IMG/VR virus record: IMGVR_UViG_3300005611_000006
Strand: one strand, 5' to 3'
Length of the DNA stretch: 64,000 nt
Source: a virus
Lineage: Duplodnaviria; Caudoviricetes
The notes beneath the pieces were generated by a model. That model searched no databases, was not told the origin of the DNA, and saw only the letters and a program-made list of their open reading frames with translations. Both the position numbers and the translations under genes were made by a program. Numbering within the stretch: position 1 is the stretch's first letter; each line of letters opens with the position of its first letter. Of the stretch, positions 47,276-57,205 are shown in pieces.

Positions 47276-47902
47276 ATGCCACAATTTCAAGATAGAACTA
47301 TTGAAAAGTTCAAAAAACAACTAAAAGGTGGAGGAGCTCGTAGTAATCTTTTTGAAGTAAGTTTTGGTACTGCTCCCTCTTCAACATTCACTTTACCGCC
47401 TACTGGAGATCAGATCAATTCTGACGATTATATGTTGATTAAATCTGCTGGTCTTCCTGCATCTACTATTACTGAAATTCCAATTGCTTTTAGAGGAAGA
47501 ACTTTAAAAATTGCTGGAGACAGAACTTTTGATATCTGGACAATCACTATTATTAATGATGTAGACTTTAAGTGGAGAAATATTTTTGAAAGATGGATGA
47601 ATTATATTGTAAAAGTTTCTGATGGAAGTGGTTCTATTGATCCAAGTGAATATATGGTGGATATGAATGTAACTCAATTATCTAAGGGTCCTGGAACTTC
47701 ATTAGGAACTCCTGGAACTCAGGGTGGCAATATTGATGTTTTAAGAAAATATATTGTCCATAGTGTATTCCCAACTAATATATCTCAAATTGACTTGTCT
47801 TATAATAATGAAAATGAAGTTGAAGAATTTACTGTAGATCTTCAAATTCAATGGTGGGAAGCTGCAGATAATAATAATAGTCCAGAGTCTCAAGTCATCT
47901 AA
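47276..47902 (+). CDS. gp19: tail tube protein gp19
   Basis: GGGARSNLFEV, FRGR.LKIAGDRTF..WTITIIND and FPTNISQIDLSY. Confidence 0.96.
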   Translation: MPQFQDRTIEKFKKQLKGGGARSNLFEVSFGTAPSSTFTLPPTGDQINSDDYMLIKSAGLPASTITEIPIAFRGRTLKIAGDRTFDIWTITIINDVDFKWRNIFERWMNYIVKVSDGSGSIDPSEYMVDMNVTQLSKGPGTSLGTPGTQGGNIDVLRKYIVHSVFPTNISQIDLSYNNENEVEEFTVDLQIQWWEAADNNNSPESQVI

Positions 47903-47927
47903 ATACTAGAAAGTTTAAATTTACACA

Positions 47928-49577
47928 ATGGCAAAGTTATTTGGATTTTCTATTGATGATGAAAAAAATAAGCCTAAGGGTGTTATATCCCCCGTTCCCG
48001 TAAATAACGAGGACGGGGCAAATTATCATTTAACAAGCGGATTTTCTGGTCAATATGTAGATATTGAAGGAGTATTTAGAAATGAATATGACCTAGTTAA
48101 AAAGTATCGTGAAATGTCACTTCATCCAGAGTGTGACAGTGCAATTGAAAATGTTGTAAATGAAGCTATTGTAAGTGATTTAAATGATAGTCCTGTGGAA
48201 ATTGAACTTAGCAATTTAAATGCTAGTGATGGATTAAAGAATATTATACGTGAAGAATTTAAATATCTTAAAGATTTAATGGATTTTGATAAAAAATCCC
48301 ATGAAATCTTTAAGAATTGGTATGTAGATGGAAGACTTTATTATCATAAAGTTATAGATTTAAAAAATCCATCAGCAGGAATTCAAGATATTCGTTATAT
48401 TGATCCTTTGAAAATTAAATTTATGCGTGTTGAAGATAAGAATAATTATAATATAGGATATTCTAATATTAAAGATATAAAAGATTCAAGTACTATTAGA
48501 GAACCAAATATTAATGAATTTTTTATATATACTCCATCTACCACTACACAAAAATATGGTGGAAGTAATATAGGTGTAAAAATTGCAAAGGATTCTATTA
48601 CATATGTTACTTCTGGTCTTATCGATAGAAATAAACAACTAACACTTTCTTACTTACATAAAGCAATAAAATCACTCAATCAATTGAGAATGATTGAAGA
48701 TGCACTTGTAATTTATCGTTTATCTCGCGCTCCAGAGAGGAGAATATTTTATATTGATGTTGGAAATCTTCCTAAGGTAAAGGCAGAACAATATCTTCGT
48801 GAAGTTATGAATAGGTATCGTAATAAGTTAGTTTATGATGCAAATACTGGTGAGATGAGAGATGATAAAAAATTTATGAGTATGATGGAAGATTTTTGGC
48901 TTCCAAGAAGAGAAGGTGGAAGAGGCACAGAAATTTCTACTCTTCCTGGAGGACAAAATCTTGGAGAACTTCAAGATGTTCAATATTTTCAAAAGAAGTT
49001 ATTCAGATCACTAAATGTTCCTGAATCAAGAACTGCTTCTGATGGTGGATTCAATTTAGGACGTTCTTCAGAAATTCTAAGAGATGAATTAATGTTTACT
49101 AAGTATGTAGGAAGACTGAGGAAGAGATTTAGTAACCTTTTTCATGATATTCTTAAGACACAATTAATCCTTAAGAATATAGTTACTCCTGAAGATTGGG
49201 AGCAAATGAGTGATCATATTCAATATGATTACTTGTATGATAATCATTTTTCAGAGTTGAAAGATTCTGAACTTATGACTGAAAGAATTAATCTACTAAT
49301 GGCAGTTCAACCTTATGTTGGAACTTACTACTCTCAAGATTATGTCAAGAGAAAGATTTTAAGACAAACTGATCAAGAAATCATAGATCAAAAGAAAATA
49401 ATTGAAAAGGAAATTAATGATGGAGTTTATCCAGATCCACAATTAGTTCCTCCAGTAGATTCTGATGGTAATCCAATGATTGATGGTCAACAAATGATGG
49501 GTCAAGTTCCAAATGAACCAGAAGTATCTGGAGCAGATAAGGCAACATCTATAGATTCCAAAGCTGCAGAAATATAA
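47928..49577 (+). CDS. gp20: portal protein gp20
   Basis: RAPERRIFYIDVGNLPK.KAEQYL and EDFWLPRREGGRGTEI.TLPGGQNLG. Confidence 0.98.
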   Translation: MAKLFGFSIDDEKNKPKGVISPVPVNNEDGANYHLTSGFSGQYVDIEGVFRNEYDLVKKYREMSLHPECDSAIENVVNEAIVSDLNDSPVEIELSNLNASDGLKNIIREEFKYLKDLMDFDKKSHEIFKNWYVDGRLYYHKVIDLKNPSAGIQDIRYIDPLKIKFMRVEDKNNYNIGYSNIKDIKDSSTIREPNINEFFIYTPSTTTQKYGGSNIGVKIAKDSITYVTSGLIDRNKQLTLSYLHKAIKSLNQLRMIEDALVIYRLSRAPERRIFYIDVGNLPKVKAEQYLREVMNRYRNKLVYDANTGEMRDDKKFMSMMEDFWLPRREGGRGTEISTLPGGQNLGELQDVQYFQKKLFRSLNVPESRTASDGGFNLGRSSEILRDELMFTKYVGRLRKRFSNLFHDILKTQLILKNIVTPEDWEQMSDHIQYDYLYDNHFSELKDSELMTERINLLMAVQPYVGTYYSQDYVKRKILRQTDQEIIDQKKIIEKEINDGVYPDPQLVPPVDSDGNPMIDGQQMMGQVPNEPEVSGADKATSIDSKAAEI

Positions 49578-49605
49578 ATAGTTTCATAAAAAATGAGGTA
49601 TTTTA

Positions 49606-49785
49606 ATGGAAGATAATAATGATCTTATGGACATTATTTTAGATGGCAGTTCTCCTGAAGAAGTGTCTGATAAAATCAAACAATTACTATATGCAAAGTC
49701 TATTGAAAAAATTGATAGTTTAAAACCACAAGTTGCTCTTAGTATGTTTAAAGCTGATGATTCAGATAGTTCAGAGGAAGATTGA
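49606..49785 (+). CDS. small acidic prohead-core-type protein (gp67/68 position)
   Basis: Translated by hand (MEDNNDLMDIILDGSSPEEVSDKIKQLLYAKS...); TATAAATA at 49573; GAGG RBS. Confidence 0.7.
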   Translation: MEDNNDLMDIILDGSSPEEVSDKIKQLLYAKSIEKIDSLKPQVALSMFKADDSDSSEED

Positions 49786-50312
49786 TGTCATTTAAAGTAG
49801 TACAAACTGTAAATAATTTATCAGTTTCGACTGGAGTATCTACAAGTGTCCCAATTGAATTGAATAGTGGATATTTAAAATTAACTCCTACTGTAGGGTG
49901 TAGTGTTGCTACTGGCAATTCGCCAACAGCATCGTCTAATGATTTTTATATTCCTGCTAACGAAAGTGAAGTTTTAAAAGAAAGAGTTGCTCGTCAAAAG
50001 ATTTCTGGTATTACTACTGGAGCAACAACAATTGTTTCATTTTCTCAAAATTCTTCAAATCCCTTTCTTGTTGGTGATTATGTAACAATTTCAAATGCTT
50101 CACCTTCAGGAATTAATACCTCACATAATTTAATATCTGCGATATCTGAAGATCCTTTAACTGGGATTGTTAGTCTTACTATTAACTATAATAGTTCTTC
50201 GGTAACAGGAGTAACTGTTAATAATGCATACTTGGCAAGAAGCGTAAAAGTTTCTGGATTAGGTGTTAGTTCTGGACTTTTACATATTACAGAAGTACAA
50301 ATTACATCTTAA
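49785..50312 (+). CDS. hypothetical virion-associated protein
   Basis: ORF track; TGATG coupling; lies between gp20 and gp21. Confidence 0.75.
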   Translation: MSFKVVQTVNNLSVSTGVSTSVPIELNSGYLKLTPTVGCSVATGNSPTASSNDFYIPANESEVLKERVARQKISGITTGATTIVSFSQNSSNPFLVGDYVTISNASPSGINTSHNLISAISEDPLTGIVSLTINYNSSSVTGVTVNNAYLARSVKVSGLGVSSGLLHITEVQITS

Positions 50313-50317
50313 ACAAA

Positions 50318-50968
50318 ATGAAACTAATAACGGAAGAAATCGAATCAGTAAAAATTATTACTGAAGAATCAGATGGAAAGCAATCGTTATACATTACTGG
50401 TCCTTTTCTTCAGGCAGAAGTTACTAATAGAAATAATAGATGCTATCCTTTTCAAATTTTAGAAAGGGAAGTTAAGCGTTATAATGATAATTTTATTAAA
50501 AAAGGTCGTGCTTTAGGAGAACTTGGACACCCAAATGGTCCAACTGTAAATTTGGATCGTGTTTCTCATATGATTACTTCATTAAAACCTGAAGGAAATA
50601 ATTTTATTGGTAAAGCAAAAATTCTTGATACCCCTATGGGTAATATTGCTAAATCACTTATTGAATCTGGAGTAACTCTTGGTGTTTCTACTAGAGGAGT
50701 TGGTTCTTTAGTCGAAAAAAATGGTATTAAGTATGTAGCAGATGACTTTATGCTATCTACTGCTGCAGACATTGTTGCAGATCCATCTGCTCCAGACGCC
50801 TTTGTTCAAGGAATTATGGAAGGTAAAGAATGGGTTTGGGATGGTGATATTTTAAGAGAAATGAATGCATCAAATACTAAAAAAAGAATTGAATCATTAT
50901 CAAGAAAGAAATCATTAAACGAAAGAAATAAACTTAAACTATTAAATGATTTTCTTTCAAATCTGTAA
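50318..50968 (+). CDS. gp21: prohead core protease gp21
   Basis: RALGELGHP.GPTVNLDRVSH, LGVSTRG.GS and DIVADPSAPDAFV. Confidence 0.97.
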   Translation: MKLITEEIESVKIITEESDGKQSLYITGPFLQAEVTNRNNRCYPFQILEREVKRYNDNFIKKGRALGELGHPNGPTVNLDRVSHMITSLKPEGNNFIGKAKILDTPMGNIAKSLIESGVTLGVSTRGVGSLVEKNGIKYVADDFMLSTAADIVADPSAPDAFVQGIMEGKEWVWDGDILREMNASNTKKRIESLSRKKSLNERNKLKLLNDFLSNL

Positions 50969-51019
50969 TTTATAAATAAATATAGAATAAATTAAAGATT
51001 TTTATTCGGAGTATAAAAA

Positions 51020-52180
51020 ATGAGTATCGGTAACGACTTACAAGAAATGGAAGTATCTACTAAAAAATCTGTAACGGCAGTAAATAAAAATGCAAAGCCT
51101 GCAGATCCAATGTCTAAAATGACTACTGGGATTCCTGATGGTCAAACTGGTAACTGGGAAGATCTTGGGGGACCAACTCCTTTTAATTCTCGTTCTACCG
51201 ATGACTCTAATAAGTTAAAGACTCCTGGTAAAACTCTTAAGCAAGTTTCAAACATAGTAACTAAAGGTGCAAAAAGCGCCGAAGGTATGGAGAAATATTC
51301 TGAAGAGTCTGAGTATGAGGAAGAATTAGTTGAAAAGGTAGAGGATGAGGAAGAGGGTGAAGAGAATGAAGAAGAATCTTCTTGCGATGATAAGGAAGAC
51401 AAGAAAAATAAAAAGAAGATGAAAGAAGAAATTGAAGAAGATAGTGAGGAAGAAACTGAAGAAGACTATGAACTCGATTTCAGTGAAGATGTAAAAGCTT
51501 TAATCGGTGAAGAAGATCTATCCGAAGATTTCAAAAGTAAGGCATCTCTTATTTTTGAATCTGCTGTAAGAACTAAAGTCAATGAAATCAGAGAATCTCT
51601 TCAGCAAAAGTACGATCAAAGTATGTCTGAAGAGGTTGTAACAATCAAAGAAGAGTTAACTGAAAGAGTTGACTCATATCTAGAATATGTATCTGGAGAG
51701 TGGATTGAAGAAAACTCTCTCCAGATTGAAACTGGTCTGAAGGGTCAACTTTCAGAATCATTTATGAGTGGTTTAAAATCACTTTTTGAAGAACATTATG
51801 TAGAAATCCCTGAAGATAAATATGATGTATTAGAAGGAATGGTCGGAAGACTAGATGAAATGGAGTCAAAACTCAATGAACAGATCGAAAGAAATGTTCA
51901 ACTAAATAGAAGACTTAGTGAAGCTGTAAGCGACACTATCTTAAATGATGTTTCTGAAGGGTTAGCTTTAACTCAGAAAGAAAAACTTGCAAGTCTTGCA
52001 GAAAGTGTTGAGTTTGAAAGTGAAGAAGACTATCGTGAGAAACTAGAAACTCTTAAAGAGTCGTATTTTACGAGAACTGCACCTACTTCTTCGGAAGAAG
52101 TTTTATCCGAAGGTGTAACCCAAGATTTTGGTCCTAGAATGGATTCTTATATCAAAGCAGTTACTAAATTCTCTAAGTGA
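51020..52180 (+). CDS. gp22: prohead core scaffold gp22
   Basis: Acidic coiled coil, LSEDFK.KA..IFE.A and VD.YLEYV..EW.EEN; TATAAATA at 50971. Confidence 0.93.
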   Translation: MSIGNDLQEMEVSTKKSVTAVNKNAKPADPMSKMTTGIPDGQTGNWEDLGGPTPFNSRSTDDSNKLKTPGKTLKQVSNIVTKGAKSAEGMEKYSEESEYEEELVEKVEDEEEGEENEEESSCDDKEDKKNKKKMKEEIEEDSEEETEEDYELDFSEDVKALIGEEDLSEDFKSKASLIFESAVRTKVNEIRESLQQKYDQSMSEEVVTIKEELTERVDSYLEYVSGEWIEENSLQIETGLKGQLSESFMSGLKSLFEEHYVEIPEDKYDVLEGMVGRLDEMESKLNEQIERNVQLNRRLSEAVSDTILNDVSEGLALTQKEKLASLAESVEFESEEDYREKLETLKESYFTRTAPTSSEEVLSEGVTQDFGPRMDSYIKAVTKFSK

Positions 52181-52245
52181 AAATTCTTACATAATAAATA
52201 TTTTTAGATTAAAAACACTTTTAACAAGACAAAGGAGAAAAGCAA

Positions 52246-53679
52246 ATGTTCCTTTCAGAACAATTGCAGAACAAGTGGCAACCCTTACTTGAAGCAGAAG
52301 GAGCTGGTGCAATCACCGATCCTTACCGTAAGGCTGTTACCGCTGTTCTGTTAGAAAACCAAGAAAGATTCCTCGCAGAGGAAAGAGGATTTTTATCAGA
52401 AACCCCTGCTGGATCTTATGCAAGCCAAGCTGGAGCTGCTGGTGCTGCTGGATTTAGTGGTTCGGCAGGTGCAACTGGACCTGTTGCTGGTTTTGATCCT
52501 GTTCTAATCTCTTTGATTAGACGTTCAATGCCTAACCTCGTTGCTTATGATCTCGCTGGCGTTCAACCAATGAATGGTCCTACCGGACTTATCTTTGCAA
52601 TGAGAGCTAAGTATGTAGATCAGAACGGTGCAGAAGCACTATACAACGAAGTTGATACTGCATACTCTGGTCAGGATGATGGATTCAATACCACTACTGG
52701 AAACTATACTGGTGGTACTGATGACGGTGCATCTGTTGGTTTCGGAACCACTGGATTCGCAGGTGGCGGATCTGCAGCTGGAAGCAACCCTGGAGATCTA
52801 AACAACGCTGGTGCTACTGGAACTGAGTACAGAGTTGGCCAGGCAATGAGCACCTTTGATGCTGAGAGTCTTGGATCAGAAGCTGGTGATCAGTTCAACC
52901 AGATGGCATTTGCTATCGAGAAGCTTGCCGTTACTGCGAAGTCAAGAGCACTCAAGGCTGAATACACTTTGGAACTTGCTCAAGACCTTAAGGCGATTCA
53001 CGGTCTCGATGCTGAAGCTGAATTAGCAAATATTCTCTCTACTGAGATTCTTGCTGAAATCAACCGTGAAGTCATCCGTACCATCTACAAGATCGCTGAA
53101 CCAGGCGCTCAGGCAAATGTTGCCACCAATGGTGTATTTGACCTTGATGTTGACTCTAACGGTCGTTGGTCTGTTGAGAAGTTCAAGGGTCTACTCTTCC
53201 AGTTAGAGCGTGATGCTAACGCTATCGCTCAAAGAACTCGTAGAGGAAAGGGCAACATTGTTATGTGCTCTGCTGATGTTGCTTCTGCACTAACAATGGC
53301 AGGTATCCTTGATTATACTCCTGCACTCAATGCTAACCTTAACGTAGATGATACTGGCAACACATTTGCTGGTACTATCAATGGTAAGTTTAAGGTCTAC
53401 ATTGATCCATATGCTGCTAACGTATCTGCTAATCAGTACTACGTTGTTGGTTATAAGGGTTCTAATCCTTATGATGCTGGTCTTTTCTATTGCCCATACG
53501 TTCCTCTTCAGATGGTTCGTGCTGTTGGACAAGACACTTTCCAACCAAAAATTGGATTCAAGACTCGTTACGGTATGGTTGCAAATCCATTTGCTGCTGG
53601 AACCGATCAAGACGAAGGTGGAATCAGAGCAAACAGAAACCGCTACTACAGAAGAGTTCAAATCAGAAATCTTATGTGA
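52246..53679 (+). CDS. gp23: major capsid protein gp23
   Basis: FDPVLISLIRRSMPNL.AYD..GVQPM.GPTGLIFAMR, KSRALKAEYT.ELAQDLKAIHGLDAE and FQPKIGFKTRYG. Confidence 0.99.
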   Translation: MFLSEQLQNKWQPLLEAEGAGAITDPYRKAVTAVLLENQERFLAEERGFLSETPAGSYASQAGAAGAAGFSGSAGATGPVAGFDPVLISLIRRSMPNLVAYDLAGVQPMNGPTGLIFAMRAKYVDQNGAEALYNEVDTAYSGQDDGFNTTTGNYTGGTDDGASVGFGTTGFAGGGSAAGSNPGDLNNAGATGTEYRVGQAMSTFDAESLGSEAGDQFNQMAFAIEKLAVTAKSRALKAEYTLELAQDLKAIHGLDAEAELANILSTEILAEINREVIRTIYKIAEPGAQANVATNGVFDLDVDSNGRWSVEKFKGLLFQLERDANAIAQRTRRGKGNIVMCSADVASALTMAGILDYTPALNANLNVDDTGNTFAGTINGKFKVYIDPYAANVSANQYYVVGYKGSNPYDAGLFYCPYVPLQMVRAVGQDTFQPKIGFKTRYGMVANPFAAGTDQDEGGIRANRNRYYRRVQIRNLM

Positions 53680-53699
53680 TTTTGGTTTCACATTTACAG

Positions 53700-53724
53700 G
53701 AGGGGCATTTGCCCCTCTTTTTTT
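53700..53724 (+). terminator. intrinsic terminator after gp23
   Basis: GAGGGGC-ATTT-GCCCCTC followed by a T-tract. Confidence 0.88.
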
Positions 53725-53754
53725 ATGCTAATAAATAATACAAAAAGGAGAGTG

Positions 53755-54309
53755 ATGGCAAGAAATCCTTGGGATAATCAACCTACAAATAGAAATTTTC
53801 TTTCTCCAGTTGGTTTCAAATTTATATTAAATAAAGCACCTAAAGTAGATTTTTATTCAAATTCTGCAAGTATTCCAGCAATTACTTTAGGATCTTCTTT
53901 ACAAACTAGATATGGTAAAAACATTGATATCCCTGGTGATAAAATGACATATGGGGATTTGAATATAAGATTCCTAATTGATGAAAACTTAGAAAACTAT
54001 TTGGAAATTCATAATTGGATGACTGGATTAGGATATCCATTTAGTTTAGAGCAGTATAAAGATTTAAAAGAAAATGATCCAGATTATGATGTATCTAAGA
54101 TAAGTACAAGATCCTTATTTTATGAAGTATCTGATGGATCATTAAGTATTTTAAATAGTAATTTTACAGAATCCGCAAGGGTTATTTTTTACGATTTATA
54201 TCCAGTATACCTTTCTTCATTAGACTTTGATGCTACAGAAGAAAATATAAATTATTTTACAGCACAAGTAAACTTTAAATATACTTATTACGAATTTAAA
54301 AATAATTAA
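53755..54309 (+). CDS. gp3: tail completion protein gp3
   Basis: NFLSPVGFKF...PGDK..YGDL..RFLIDEN.ENY.EIHNW; ATG 53755 after AAGGAG. Confidence 0.9.
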   Translation: MARNPWDNQPTNRNFLSPVGFKFILNKAPKVDFYSNSASIPAITLGSSLQTRYGKNIDIPGDKMTYGDLNIRFLIDENLENYLEIHNWMTGLGYPFSLEQYKDLKENDPDYDVSKISTRSLFYEVSDGSLSILNSNFTESARVIFYDLYPVYLSSLDFDATEENINYFTAQVNFKYTYYEFKNN

Positions 54310-54740
54310 TGATGAATCTTGAAGAAATACAAAATATGTGGAAAGAAGATTCTAAGATTAATATTGATGATCTTCACAACGAATCCTTAAAAGTTTCAAC
54401 TTTACATTCAAAATATTATGAAATATATAATAACATTTCATTATTAAGAAAAAGAACAGAAAGTCAATATAAAATTAAAAAATTAGAAAGATATAATTAT
54501 TATAATGGCAAAGCAGATCCAGAGGTATATAAAAAAGATCCATTTCCATACAAAGTAAGAGATAAAGAGTCATTACAGAGACATTTAGATGCAGATAAGC
54601 ATCTGTCTGAACTTGTGATGAAAATAGAATATTACGATACAATTTTAAAATTTTTAGAAGAAATTATAAAAACAATATCAAACAGAACATATCAAATTAA
54701 GAATTCAATAGACTTTTTAAGATTTCAATCAGGATTATAA
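54309..54740 (+). CDS. uvsY: recombination mediator UvsY
   Basis: W..DSKI..DDL..ESL...LHSKY...R.YQIKN.IDF.RFQ.G. Confidence 0.92.
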   Translation: MMNLEEIQNMWKEDSKINIDDLHNESLKVSTLHSKYYEIYNNISLLRKRTESQYKIKKLERYNYYNGKADPEVYKKDPFPYKVRDKESLQRHLDADKHLSELVMKIEYYDTILKFLEEIIKTISNRTYQIKNSIDFLRFQSGL

Positions 54741-54741
54741 T

Positions 54742-56205
54742 ATGTCATATTTAATTATTTCAAAAAAGAATGAAGTTTATCTAAAAATAGATTGTGAACC
54801 TCACGTTAAATATGAGTTATCAGATCAATTTACTTTTGATGTTCCTGGTGCAAAGTTTATGCCTCAATATAGGAGTAAGCATTGGGATGGTAAAATTAGA
54901 CTTTTTAATATTCAAACTGGAGAAATTTATATTGGATTATTAGATAAGATCATTAACTTTTGCAATAATCATAATTATAAGTTTGAATTAAAAGATAATA
55001 AATTCTATGGAATTCCTGGAGAAATTAATGAGATGATTTCTTTAGAAGGAGTAAAAGATTATATGAAGAGTATATGTTCTCATGAACCAAGGGATTATCA
55101 AGTTAAAGGAGTTTATGAAGCTTTAAGATATAATAGAAAACTAACAATATCTCCAACTGCTTCTGGAAAATCTCTGATGATATATTCTGTAGTTAGATAC
55201 TTTACAGAACAAGATAAAAATACACTCCTTATAGTGCCCACTACATCGCTTGTAGAGCAGATGTATAAGGACTTTGAAGACTATGGTTGGGATGTAGAAA
55301 AACACTGTCACAGGGTCTATGGAGGCAGTGATAGGACATCTAATAAAAGTGTTACCATATCTACTTGGCAATCAATCTATAAATTAGATAAAAAATTCTT
55401 TGATAATTTTCAAGTCGTTATTGGTGATGAAGCTCATCAATTCAAATCTAAATCTTTAATTAGTATTATGACAAAATTGTTTGATGCAAAATATAGATAT
55501 GGATTCACAGGTACTTTAGATGGAACTCAAACTCATAAATTAGTTCTTGAAGGTCTATTTGGATCATCTTATAAACTAGTTAAAACAGATGAATTAATTA
55601 AGCAAGGATATCTTTCCAAACTAAAAATTAATGTGATTTTGTTAGGTCACGAAGCAAAGAAAATTGAAGACTACGAATCTGAAGTTCAATATCTAATTAC
55701 TCACGAAAAGAGAAATAATTTCATACGTAATTTAACTTTAGATTTAAAAGGAAATACTTTAGTCCTTTTTAATAGAGTAGAATCTCACGGTAAACCTCTT
55801 TTTGACTTAATAAATAGTAAGGCAGATAAGAATAGGAAAATATTCTTCATTCATGGTGGAGTTGATACCGAAGATAGAGAAAAAGTCAGAGAAATTACTG
55901 AGAAAGAAAATGATGCAATAATAGTTGCATCATATGGTACTTTTTCTACTGGTATTAATATCAAAAAACTTCACAATGTTATATTTGCTTCTCCTTCAAA
56001 ATCTAGAATTAGAAACCTTCAATCAATAGGAAGAGTTTTAAGAAAGGGAAAAGGAAAGATTTCAGCTACTTTATATGATATTGCAGATGATATAACATAC
56101 AAAGGTATGAAAAATTATACTCTAAATCATCTAGTTGAAAGGATTAAAATATATAATGAAGAAAACTTTGATTATGACATTATCAATGTAAATTTAAAAA
56201 AGTAA
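54742..56205 (+). CDS. uvsW: RNA-DNA/DNA helicase UvsW
   Basis: WDGKIRLF, SPTASGKS, DEAH, GFTGT and LQSIGRVLR. Confidence 0.96.
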   Translation: MSYLIISKKNEVYLKIDCEPHVKYELSDQFTFDVPGAKFMPQYRSKHWDGKIRLFNIQTGEIYIGLLDKIINFCNNHNYKFELKDNKFYGIPGEINEMISLEGVKDYMKSICSHEPRDYQVKGVYEALRYNRKLTISPTASGKSLMIYSVVRYFTEQDKNTLLIVPTTSLVEQMYKDFEDYGWDVEKHCHRVYGGSDRTSNKSVTISTWQSIYKLDKKFFDNFQVVIGDEAHQFKSKSLISIMTKLFDAKYRYGFTGTLDGTQTHKLVLEGLFGSSYKLVKTDELIKQGYLSKLKINVILLGHEAKKIEDYESEVQYLITHEKRNNFIRNLTLDLKGNTLVLFNRVESHGKPLFDLINSKADKNRKIFFIHGGVDTEDREKVREITEKENDAIIVASYGTFSTGINIKKLHNVIFASPSKSRIRNLQSIGRVLRKGKGKISATLYDIADDITYKGMKNYTLNHLVERIKIYNEENFDYDIINVNLKK

Positions 56206-56206
56206 T

Positions 56207-56587
56207 ATGGAAGAAAGTTTTTATTCAACAATAAAGTTAATTTCTGGTGAAGAAATATTCTCTACAGTATGTGTTTCAAATGAAGAAGATGAAACATTTT
56301 TACTTTTAGATAATCCTGTAGTAATGTCTCCTTTATTCTCTAAAAAAAACTATTTTATGGGATATAAAGTTAGTCCTTGGTTAAGTATTACAGATGATGA
56401 ATTATTTGTACTTCGTATTCAAAATGTAATTACTATGACTGAAGTTAAGAATCCTCAGATCATTAGTGCATATAAAAAATATATAAGAAATAGTTCTCAA
56501 GTTCCAGTTAATTCTCATATTGGACTACTCTGTAAAATAGATGAAGCAAGAGAATCCCTAGAGAAAATCTATAAGTCTAATAGTTAA
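56207..56587 (+). CDS. conserved hypothetical protein (between uvsW and gp55)
   Basis: IKL.SGEEI...NPV...PW pattern; gene order. Confidence 0.8.
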   Translation: MEESFYSTIKLISGEEIFSTVCVSNEEDETFLLLDNPVVMSPLFSKKNYFMGYKVSPWLSITDDELFVLRIQNVITMTEVKNPQIISAYKKYIRNSSQVPVNSHIGLLCKIDEARESLEKIYKSNS

Positions 56588-56623
56588 TTAAGCTATTACT
56601 AATCTTTCAACCCTAACAGAGTT

Positions 56624-56652
56624 ATTATATTCATATTTCTAGGTTGTGTCAA
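56624..56652 (-). promoter_or_regulatory. perfect-consensus antisense sigma70 promoter
   Basis: Minus strand reads TTGACA-N17-TATAAT. Confidence 0.7.
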
Positions 56653-56656
56653 GCTC

Positions 56657-56685
56657 TTGTCAAGATATCATAAAAATGGTATACT
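56657..56685 (+). promoter_or_regulatory. sigma70-type promoter for the gp55 operon
   Basis: TTGTCA-N17-TATACT. Confidence 0.7.
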
Positions 56686-56731
56686 TTAATGATTAAATAG
56701 TACAAAAATAATTTAAAGGGTGAGTAATACT

Positions 56732-57205
56732 ATGGCAAAGAAAAGATCAGAACATTATGTAAGTAATAAAGATTTTCTACAAGCTTTAATAGATTATAGA
56801 AAGCAAGTAGAATTTGCTAAAGAGTCTGGAAAATCAAAACCAAAAATTCCTAATTATATTGGAGATTGTTTTTTAAAAATTGCAACACATTTATCATATA
56901 AACCAAACTTCGTGAATTATATGTTTAAAGAAGATATGATAAGTGATGGAATTGAGAATTGTGTTCAATATATCGATAATTTTGATGTTTCTAGACCAAA
57001 TCCATTTGCATATTTTACTCAAGTAATTTATTATGCTTTCTTAAGAAGAATATCTAAAGAAAAAAGACAACTTGAGATTAAATCTAAAATTATTCATAGA
57101 TCTGGATTTGATGAAGTATTTACTGCAGATTCATCTGATATTGGTTATAGTTATGGAGATATGAATGGAATTAAAGATAGTGTAAATTATAAATTTTATT
57201 CATGA
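56732..57205 (+). CDS. gp55: late-transcription sigma factor gp55
   Basis: HYV.NK.F, YIG.CFLKIA.HLS.KPNF.NY...DMI.DGIENC and NPFAYFTQ..Y.AF.RRI. Confidence 0.96.
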   Translation: MAKKRSEHYVSNKDFLQALIDYRKQVEFAKESGKSKPKIPNYIGDCFLKIATHLSYKPNFVNYMFKEDMISDGIENCVQYIDNFDVSRPNPFAYFTQVIYYAFLRRISKEKRQLEIKSKIIHRSGFDEVFTADSSDIGYSYGDMNGIKDSVNYKFYS

